A DNA stretch of 64,000 bases from an uncultured candidate division WWE3 bacterium. Its GTDB lineage: Bacteria; Patescibacteriota; WWE3; UBA101185; UBA10185. The translations under genes were made by a program, and so were the position numbers. The stretch is taken from contig CAVXUZ010000004.1 of the NCBI GenBank assembly GCA_963765125.1, positions 128,792 to 192,791 on the forward strand, written 5' to 3'. Within the stretch, counting starts at the first letter, position 1. Each line of letters starts with the position of its first letter. The notes beneath the pieces are model-generated. The model saw nothing but the letters and a program-made list of their open reading frames with translations, was not told where the DNA came from and made no database searches. Of this stretch, positions 56,160 to 64,000 are shown piece by piece.

Positions 56160-57167
56160 GTGAACATATTAGCAATCGAAACATCCTGTGATGAAACAGC
56201 TTGCTCAATTGTAAAAGATGGTATTACCGAAATAGCTGGAACTGTTGCCACGTCCGCCGAACTACACTACAAAACGGGCGGTATTGTTCCTGAAGTTGCT
56301 GCGAGAAAGCAAGTAGAGAGTATTACACCTGTTATAGAAGACTGTATCACAAAGTCAGGTTTGAAAATTCCACAAGAAATTGATGCAGTTGCAGTTACTT
56401 ATGGGCCAGGGCTAATAGGCTCCTTAGTGGTGGGCGTAGAGGCTGCAAAAGCACTTTCTTTGGCATGGGGTAAGCCACTTATTCCTGTAAATCATTTAAT
56501 TGGTCATATTTATGGTAATTTTGTTGGTAATGAGGCATACTCTGAGATTAAATTTCCAGCTGTTGTTTTAATTGTTAGCGGAGGGCATACCGACCTGGTT
56601 TTTATGAAGGATCATGGGAAGTACAAATACCTAGGAGGCACGGTTGACGACGCAGCAGGAGAGGCTTTTGATAAAGTCGCGCGACTACTTGGGCTGTCGA
56701 GATATTTAGGTGGTTTAGAGCTGTCTAAACTCGCTTCCACATGTACTTTAAATACACTCCACAACAAACTTCCCAGACCAATGCTTAACCAAGATAACTT
56801 CGACTTTTCTTTTTCGGGGTTGAAAACCGCTGTAAAAAGACTAGTTGACGCGGGTGGTGCACCTACCGAAACGATAGCGTGTGAGTTTGAGGCAGCCGTA
56901 GTTGACGTGCTGACCGAAAAAACTAAACGCGCAGTGTTAGAAACAAAGGCGAAGAGCGTTTTAATTGGAGGAGGCGTGTCGGCAAATACAAGACTGCGCA
57001 CCCAAATGATCTCTACGGCTAACGAATTAGGTGTGGCAGTGCACCTTCCACCTCTAAAATATTGCGGAGACAGCGCGGCATACATTGCTAGTGCTGCATT
57101 TTTTTGTGGTAAGCCTCAGGAGCTAGTAAATATAAAATCCAACCCATCCCTCGGCGTTATGAGCTAG
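56160..57167 (+). CDS. tsaD: tRNA t6A threonylcarbamoyltransferase TsaD
   Basis: LAIETSCDET, HLIGH, DDAAGEAFDK. Confidence 0.95.
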   Translation: MNILAIETSCDETACSIVKDGITEIAGTVATSAELHYKTGGIVPEVAARKQVESITPVIEDCITKSGLKIPQEIDAVAVTYGPGLIGSLVVGVEAAKALSLAWGKPLIPVNHLIGHIYGNFVGNEAYSEIKFPAVVLIVSGGHTDLVFMKDHGKYKYLGGTVDDAAGEAFDKVARLLGLSRYLGGLELSKLASTCTLNTLHNKLPRPMLNQDNFDFSFSGLKTAVKRLVDAGGAPTETIACEFEAAVVDVLTEKTKRAVLETKAKSVLIGGGVSANTRLRTQMISTANELGVAVHLPPLKYCGDSAAYIASAAFFCGKPQELVNIKSNPSLGVMS

Positions 57168-57273
57168 TTTTCCCACATTTGTCCACAAAACCGCGTGTCA
57201 TAAACACCTGTTGTTGTGCCACTTACGTGTTATCTATTGACACAGGCACCTATATTGTGGAAAACTTGTAGAT

Positions 57274-57834
57274 ATGCACAGGTATCCTTACCTCACAGGC
57301 GTTTCTAAACTTAACGACTTTTTCGACGTTATAAGAGCTGTTGAAATACCCAAGAAAATCACATATAGGTACCTTGCCGCTATTGGTTTTTCTAGTTCAA
57401 ACGACAGGGAGTTTCTTCCTTTCTTAAGAATGTTAGGTTTTATTGACAGCGCGGGGGTTCCAACCAGCGAGTACGCGGGGTTAAAGGGTCTTCAAGAAAG
57501 ACCCGCAGTGTTAAGAGCCGCATTGCTGCACGCGTACGACGAATTATTTCAAGCAAATCCACAAGCAACTAATGTGCCAGAAAATGTGCTAATTGATTTT
57601 TTTGGGAAGCAAACCGGAGGTTCGATGGCAGAGGTTATGGTATACACAACTACTTTTAAAGCTTTGACGTCGCTTGCAGACTTTTCAAAAGAAAATGTTT
57701 TACAAAGCAAGCCAACAAGTAACACCATTTCTGCAGCAGTTAATCTGAACATTAACCTACCAACAACAACTGATGAGAGGGTATATGAGAGTCTTTTTAA
57801 ATACCTAAAAGATTTTCTAACTCCGAGACAGTAA
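57274..57834 (+). CDS. DUF5343-like protein
   Basis: GFSSSNDR...LGFID..G.PT..Y; C-terminal NINLP.T. Confidence 0.7.
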   Translation: MHRYPYLTGVSKLNDFFDVIRAVEIPKKITYRYLAAIGFSSSNDREFLPFLRMLGFIDSAGVPTSEYAGLKGLQERPAVLRAALLHAYDELFQANPQATNVPENVLIDFFGKQTGGSMAEVMVYTTTFKALTSLADFSKENVLQSKPTSNTISAAVNLNINLPTTTDERVYESLFKYLKDFLTPRQ

Positions 57835-59047
57835 TCAACTTTGCATCTTTCTCGTTACGTTTCTTAAGCTCTATTTTTTCTCCAGACTTTTCTGAAATAA
57901 CAGCGCGATATGGACATCCAATAAGGTCAGCGTCGGCAAACTTTTCGCCTGCGCTTACGGCTATGCGATCGTCGATTAAAACCTCAATGTTGTTAGCAAC
58001 TAGTTTTTTGTACAGCGTCTTTACGCGTGTGCAAACATCGCCGTTTTCTGGGTTTAACACCGTAATATGCAGTTTATAAGGTGCAATAGTTTCTGGCCAG
58101 AGAATTCCTTTACCGTCGTTATAAAGCTCAACTATGGTAGCCATTACACGCGCAGGTCCGATGCCGTAAGCCCCCATAATAACCGGTTTTTCGTTACCAT
58201 CTTCGTCCGTGAATTTTAACCCCAGTGGTTCTGAGAACTTTGTACCTTGTTTAAATATGTTGCCCACCTCGACGCCCTTAACCTCTTCTAACGAGCCCTT
58301 ATCTAGTCCAAGGTCTTTGATGACCTCGTCTGTGTAAACCTCGTTATTGATAGCAATTTTCTTTTTGCGATCGAGATAGATTGTATCTTCGCCAGCCTCA
58401 ACAACGGTTTGAAATTCGTGGCTATATTTACTAAAACTACCGCCGCTCGCAAAGGTTAAAAATGTTTGTTTTCCAATCCCGAGACGCTCAAAAATCTTAA
58501 AATATGCACCCTTAACTTCCTCATAAAACTCATCTAAGTCACTTTGATTTTTGGTGAAGGAGTAGAGGTCTTTCATCAAAAACTCCCTTGTGCGTAACAA
58601 ACCAGACTTGGCGCGCAACTCATTTCTAAATTTTGTTTGAAATTGGTAAACGTAAAGCGGAAGGTCTTTGTAAGATTTAACGTATTTTGATAACAAATTA
58701 GCCAACGGCTCCTCGTGTGTAGGCGCAAGCCCAAGCTCGGTACCGCTACCAAGCTTTGTCTTAAACCAGACGTCTACAGCCTCATCATCCCATCTTCCAG
58801 ACGCACTCCAAATCTCTTTACTCTGAAGCGCCGATAAATAAAGCTCTTGCCCGCCGACGTTGTTTATTTCTTCTCTAATAACTTGCACTATTTTGTTTAG
58901 TACTCTAAGCCCTAACGGCAAAAAGACATAAACCCCAGCCATTTCTTTTTGTACGAAGCCACCTTGAATTAGAAGCTTAGCGTTTATGCTTTCTTCGTCT
59001 TTCGGAGGCTGTTTTGTTGTTCTACCAAACATTTTAGAATAACGCAT
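57797..59047 (-). CDS. proS: Proline--tRNA ligase (short, no INS editing domain)
   Basis: LAPTHEE, KFRNELR, REFLMKDLYSF, GAYGIG. Confidence 0.95.
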   Translation of the reverse strand: MRYSKMFGRTTKQPPKDEESINAKLLIQGGFVQKEMAGVYVFLPLGLRVLNKIVQVIREEINNVGGQELYLSALQSKEIWSASGRWDDEAVDVWFKTKLGSGTELGLAPTHEEPLANLLSKYVKSYKDLPLYVYQFQTKFRNELRAKSGLLRTREFLMKDLYSFTKNQSDLDEFYEEVKGAYFKIFERLGIGKQTFLTFASGGSFSKYSHEFQTVVEAGEDTIYLDRKKKIAINNEVYTDEVIKDLGLDKGSLEEVKGVEVGNIFKQGTKFSEPLGLKFTDEDGNEKPVIMGAYGIGPARVMATIVELYNDGKGILWPETIAPYKLHITVLNPENGDVCTRVKTLYKKLVANNIEVLIDDRIAVSAGEKFADADLIGCPYRAVISEKSGEKIELKKRNEKDAKLITVSELENLLGI

Positions 59048-59147
59048 GTTAGTGTTTTAATTTGTAACTACATAATAAATCCCATCCTATAAAAGGTCTA
59101 CAGATAAAAAATATGTTAATAAAATATGTGCGTGATATAATCCTCAT

Positions 59148-59325
59148 ATAAAGACGCCAGTACTCGGAATTTGTCACCGTGTACGCTCCTAAAGAGCGCG
59201 TTGCAGGAAGAAAGACTTATGTTAAGTAGACCCCGCCGGGTAAGCCCGTCACAGCAGTAAGAGTAAAAGTATCAGGTGGCACCGTCCGTAATGGACCCTG
59301 GCGATAAGCTGGGGTTTTTGTTTTT
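59148..59325 (+). ncRNA. T-box riboswitch leader of valS
   Basis: Antiterminator CAGG-UGGCACC-GUCCG/UGGAC-CCUG (59273-59300); competing terminator ACCCUGGC/GCUGGGGU plus U-tract; TGATATAAT at 59133-59141. Confidence 0.85.
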
Positions 59326-59335
59326 ATAAATACAA

Positions 59336-61655
59336 ATGATCGAAGAAAAAAAAGACTACATTGAATCTAATATGGCTAAAAAATATGTTCCTACTGAGGT
59401 TGAGCCCAGAATCTATAAAATGTGGGAAGACTCAGGTTTTTTCAAAGCTAAAATAGACCCGAAAAAGAAACCATACACAATAATTCTTCCTCCCCCTAAT
59501 TCAAATGGAAAGCTTCATGTTGGTCACGCGCTGATGCTGGCAATAGAAGATTTACTAATTAGATGGAAAAGAATGCAAGGATTCTCAGCTCTATGGCTAC
59601 CCGGAACCGATCATGCAGGATTTGAAACACAAGTAGTTTACGAAAAAGAATTAGAAAAAGAAGGAAAATCGCGTATGGATTTTGATCGCGATACGCTCTA
59701 CAAAAGAATTTTTAATTTTGTTAAGGAACAGGGTGCAGTAATTCTCGATCAGACAAAAGCTTTAGGTCCAAGTCTCGACTGGTCGCGTTATACATTTACA
59801 CTCGACGAGCACGTAATCGATACCGTGTACAACACATTCGAAAAAATGGCAAAAGAAGGTTTAGTTTATAGAAACGACTACATTGTAAATTACTGCACGA
59901 GACATAACACAACTCTTTCTGACCTCGAGCTTGATTACAAAGATCAGAAAACCAAGCTCTACTACATTAAATATTATCTTGTAGACAAGAGCAAAAGATG
60001 AGCCAGAATATGTTGTTGTAGCAACCACAAGGCCAGAACCAATCTTTGCTGATACCCACCTTGCTGTAAATCCAAAAGACAAAAAGAACAAATGGCTTGT
60101 AGGTAGAAAACTTTTAAATCCTCTAACCTCAGCAGAGATGGAAGTAATTGAAGACTCATTTGTTGACCCCAAGTTTGGAACAGGAATTGTTAAGATGACC
60201 CCCGCCCACGACAAGACCGACTTTGAAGTCGCAGTAAAACATAAGTTACCGATAATTTCTGCGTTCGGTACAGACGGAAAAATAAACGATAGGGGAGGAG
60301 AGCTCGCAGGACTTTATGTAACAAAGGCGAGAATAAAAGCCGAGGAGATTTTAAAAGAAAAAGGTCTTATAGAAAAAATTGATGAGAACTATGAAAACAG
60401 CATTGCGATTTGTTACAAGTGCGGAACAGTAATTGAACCAATCGTTCTTCCAAACTGGTTTGTAAAAGTAGAGTCATTAAAAAAAGCTGCACACGACGCC
60501 GTAAAAAAAGGTCATGTAAAAATTTATCCAAAATGGCAAGAAATAAAATATCACCGATGGATGGAAGAAATGCGCGATTGGCCTATTTCAAGACAGATTA
60601 TCTGGGGTATTCAGCTTCCTGTTTGGTATGACGTTAAAGCAACACCTAATATTCAAGCAACCTTTATCGCAAATGATGGACAAAGAGTGTCCGGAAAGGT
60701 TGGTGAGCTGTTAGCAAATCACCAACTAGAAGAAATTGAAAAAGGACTTCAGACGTTAATCGCACCCAAAGATGCAAAATATGTAATTTCAAAAGAAAAA
60801 CCTGCAAAAGGAGAATTTTTACGAGAAACCGATACATTTGATACTTGGTACAGCAGCGGGCATTGGCCGCTAGTTACGCTTAACTACCCAAAAAGCGAAG
60901 ATTTTAAATATTTTTATCCCACGTCAGTATTAGAGACGGGTTGGGAAATTTTAAGGTTTTGGGTAAGCAGAATGATTATGTTTGGTATTTACCTTACAGG
61001 AAAACCGCCGTTTAGCGAGGTTTACTTGCATGGGCTAGTTCGCGCCGAAGACGGTAAGAAAATGAGCAAAAGCTTAGGTAATCAAGTAGACCCAATCGAC
61101 ATGGTTAAAGAATACGGTGCCGACGCACTAAGGCTCGGTTTGATTTCAGGCACCTACAATGGAAAGGATTTTGCTTTTCCAAAAGACAAGGTAATCGCGT
61201 TTCGAAACTTTTCAAACAAGTTGTGGAATATGGCCAGGTTTATCGACATTATGGTTACTAAACACACTAGTGAGGGTGGTTACGAAAATGAAAATCATCA
61301 ACCCAAAATAAAACCGCTTGATGAAGTAAAACATAATTTAAATGACGAAGATAAAACGCTGCTTTCTGATTTAGATAGACTAATAAAAGAGACTGATGCA
61401 AATCTTGAAAAATATAGGTTTGCAGATGCCGCAGAAAATTTGTATCACTTTGTATGGGAAAGACTCGCAAGCCAGTACATCGAAAGTGTAAAAGCACGCA
61501 CCGACCAGGGAGTCGCTCTGTCTGTATTAATTCACGTATTTAAAACATCATTAAAACTGCTTCACCCATTTATGCCGTTTGTAACAGAAGAGATCTGGAC
61601 AAATATGAAAGATGAGAACGAAGTCGCGCTGATTGTTACCGAGTGGCCAAAGTAA
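59336..61655 (+). CDS. valS: Valine--tRNA ligase, split by a +1 frameshift near 59990
   Basis: PPPN...HVGH in the first ORF; ATTRPE, KMTPAHD, DWPISRQ and KMSKS in the +1 frame. Confidence 0.92.
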
Positions 61656-61668
61656 CCTAGTAAACGAA

Positions 61669-61699
61669 ACGACCTGTAAACACAGGTCGTAGTTTTTTT
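61669..61699 (+). terminator. valS terminator
   Basis: ACGACCTGT/ACAGGTCGT then a T-run. Confidence 0.8.
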
Positions 61700-61720
61700 A
61701 CAATAATAAATTGTTGGTTG

Positions 61721-62395
61721 TTATTTCTCTTCTTCTTTTTCGCCCTCTTCACCCTCTACCTCAGGTTTTTCAGCCAAAGCTTCTATACCGGCGATAGCAG
61801 CAGCCTCATCAACCACTTCGGGCTCTTCTTCTTCGAGCATTTGTGCGTAATCAAGCTTTGCGATTACCTCATCTTCTTCAAGATCGGTAATTTCAACCTT
61901 TGCGCGATCAAAAACCAAATCTTTAGTTGTTATAACCGCGTCCATATCTACAAGCTTCAGGGCGTCTACCTCAAATTTATCTGGTAGATCTGTTGGAAGA
62001 GCTTCAACCTCAATTTCGTGTACTAATGTTAAAACAAGAGCCTCACCGCTTTTAACAAGCTCATTTTCTTCTTCATTTATAATTTCAACAGGAATGTTTG
62101 CGTTAATTTTTTCTAAAAGGTTAACCTCGTAAAAACCTACGTGAATTGGTGCGCCTGTAATGTGGTGAACCTGCACGTCTTTAACAAGAACTGGGTGAGA
62201 GGCGCCGTCAATTACCAAATCAATGACTGATGTTTCTCCGGCTTCGCTAAATACTTTTGCGAAATCTAAGCTATTAACAGAAATAGATATAGATTCTTTT
62301 CCTTTGCCAAAAATAGCAGAAGGTAGCTGTCTATCGTTTCGTAAGTATTTTACTTTCTTACCTAATAATTCTCTTTTTTGTCCAATAAGTTGCAT
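61721..62395 (-). CDS. rplY: 50S ribosomal protein L25/Ctc
   Basis: LPSAIFGK, VLVKDVQ, IEVEALPTDLP. Confidence 0.92.
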   Translation of the reverse strand: MQLIGQKRELLGKKVKYLRNDRQLPSAIFGKGKESISISVNSLDFAKVFSEAGETSVIDLVIDGASHPVLVKDVQVHHITGAPIHVGFYEVNLLEKINANIPVEIINEEENELVKSGEALVLTLVHEIEVEALPTDLPDKFEVDALKLVDMDAVITTKDLVFDRAKVEITDLEEDEVIAKLDYAQMLEEEEPEVVDEAAAIAGIEALAEKPEVEGEEGEKEEEK

Positions 62396-62694
62396 AAGCC
62401 TTTTTTCTTAATTTCTTTGTGTAAATCCAACAGTTCGTCCGTTGTTACACTTTTTAAGTTCATAAACTTTTTAAATTCAGTTACGTTAAGATCAGATATT
62501 AACGGTGTTACACCACTTCCTGAAGAGGAAATTGTAACAACACTTTCAGCCTCGCACTTTGAACACACAGCATAAGCTATGAGCGCAATAGGCGCGTCGG
62601 TAACCGTTTCCAGCCTTGCTGATTCTAGGCTGCTACCGCATTTATAACAGTAGTTCTTTTGTAAATACTCTTTGATGAGTTTGTTTTCTAGCAT
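62362..62694 (-). CDS. Hypothetical Zn-binding protein
   Basis: CYKC...CSKC; DELLDLH. Confidence 0.7.
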   Translation of the reverse strand: MLENKLIKEYLQKNYCYKCGSSLESARLETVTDAPIALIAYAVCSKCEAESVVTISSSGSGVTPLISDLNVTEFKKFMNLKSVTTDELLDLHKEIKKKGLCNLLDKKENY

Positions 62695-62766
62695 GACAAT
62701 AGCCGTTTACCACGCAAAGTATGGAAACGTTGCAATTCTACTGTAATACTGCATCCAAATCAAGCT

Positions 62767-64000
62767 TTATTGTGCTGTATCACCGGTGGCGTCTGTTTCA
62801 GGGGTTGTTTGTTGTTCTGGCTCTGTTTCAGCCGCTTGTGTGGTTTCTAATGGTTTTAGTGTGTCTTCTAGGTTTACGTCAAAAACCCTACTTCCGCTCA
62901 AAACAAACATTTTTGTTTCGTCTGTGTTAACCCCAATACTTTTAATGTTTGACCACTCACTTTCATTTTCAGTTTTTATTTGTCTAACAAAGTTTCCATC
63001 AGTGTCTATAACTACGATGCGGTTGTTTCCTGAATCGGCAATATAGATATTATCGTAATTCACATCTGCAACAATTTTTGTTGGGTTGCTTAGAGGCTTA
63101 TCAATTACTTTTATAGCAAACGAAGTTTCTTCTCCCTGTGTATAGGCCTTAACATTTCCATCCGACATAATTGTGTAAACACTGTAGGCTATGTCCATCG
63201 AGACAACTTTTGAAAAACTCTCATCTTCTCCCCAAACAGACTCGGTCAGAGTGTCGTCGGCCTTAACATATTTTGTTAGTTTTGATCCTGAGATTGAGTA
63301 GATGTTTCCAAGATAAACGTTGTAAATACCAAAAGTTCCCGCAAATTCTTGAGAAATCTCGTTAGTTACTAAGTCGTATATTTTAAAATTAGTGCTATCA
63401 ACAAAATTTAGCTTACTGTCGTAGTTGATAATGCCTTTAATTCCTACAAATGTCGTCTCAAGCGCTGTAAATTTTGGTGTGGTTAAAGACGAGGTATAAA
63501 TTTTACCTGAGGTGGGGTCTGTAACAACAACAGTACTATTAAAGACCGCTATTTCTGTTGGATTCGCGTTTTCATCTGCTAGTTTAATGTCATAAAAAGG
63601 CTGTGCAGAAACCCGCGAAACTTTATTTGTAATGTCTTGTTCTTTATTTACTGTTGGTTTTGGTGTTTCTCCTAACGGAGTTTCTCCTTTGTCGAGTTCT
63701 TTAGGTACGGTTAAAGTAGAAGACGCGCCGTCCTTGTCATTTTGAGCATTTTGATTGGTGTTGTTTTTATAAAGTACAGTCCCGACAATTGAAAGTAATA
63801 ATAGTACAAAAATAACAACCATCGCTGTTTTACCATTTAAACGAATTTTTGGTTTTCGGTCAGATTTAATCTTTAAGTTAACTGGTTCCTGAGGTCTTTG
63901 TATTTCGGGTTGGTAATTTTCTTGCTTGATTGGTGTAGGTGAGGGTGTGGGCGCAGACACGTCGTCGCTCAGACTCGTAATTGGTTGTACTTTTTGTTCC
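62767..64000 (-). CDS. Membrane-anchored NHL-repeat beta-propeller protein (5' end probably outside the window)
   Basis: IYIADSGNNRIVVID; frame open to the window edge. Confidence 0.75.
   Translation of the reverse strand, partial: EQKVQPITSLSDDVSAPTPSPTPIKQENYQPEIQRPQEPVNLKIKSDRKPKIRLNGKTAMVVIFVLLLLSIVGTVLYKNNTNQNAQNDKDGASSTLTVPKELDKGETPLGETPKPTVNKEQDITNKVSRVSAQPFYDIKLADENANPTEIAVFNSTVVVTDPTSGKIYTSSLTTPKFTALETTFVGIKGIINYDSKLNFVDSTNFKIYDLVTNEISQEFAGTFGIYNVYLGNIYSISGSKLTKYVKADDTLTESVWGEDESFSKVVSMDIAYSVYTIMSDGNVKAYTQGEETSFAIKVIDKPLSNPTKIVADVNYDNIYIADSGNNRIVVIDTDGNFVRQIKTENESEWSNIKSIGVNTDETKMFVLSGSRVFDVNLEDTLKPLETTQAAETEPEQQTTPETDATGDTAQ

Noticed and set aside
59999-60001. UGA recoding (genetic code 25) to explain the valS break
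   Set aside because: Read-through stays in the wrong frame, and TGA serves as a normal stop in other genes here (e.g. holA, the FtsA-like gene).
1850-63046. The many other 60-170 aa antisense or alternate-frame ORFs in the track
   Set aside because: They are nested in well-supported genes and have no motifs or initiation signals.

Overview
A gene-dense, AT-rich chromosomal window from a streamlined bacterium. Gene content and style point to Patescibacteria/CPR, possibly WWE3/Microgenomates-like (inference). It uses standard code 11. It is mostly housekeeping: alaS, tRNA-Cys, metG, proS, valS with a T-box, lepA, rpsT, rplY, rsmA, tsaD, dnaA with oriC, holA, two UvrD helicases, rmuC, CIRCE-hrcA-grpE-dnaK, gap, tpiA and adk. 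Envelope genes include FemX-like transferases, MurT/GatD, MurJ, LCP, a sortase and its likely substrate, O-antigen-ligase-like proteins and PilN/PilO. Most transcription units look leaderless, with a -10 box 6 nt before the start codon. Three things stand out. (1) A region at 13.4-16.1 kb flanking rmuC holds twin promoter-to-terminator cassettes with conserved GGAG/GCCTATG handles and unrelated micro-ORF payloads, plus an operon of three tiny membrane peptides that the ORF track misses or mis-starts. (2) A ferredoxin and a miniaturised aldehyde:ferredoxin-oxidoreductase-like protein sit where pgk normally lies, between gap and tpiA. (3) Two single-base frameshifts (valS and a PEGA/SH3 protein) are probably sequencing errors. 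All calls come from reading the sequence and recalling motifs; no database searches were run.
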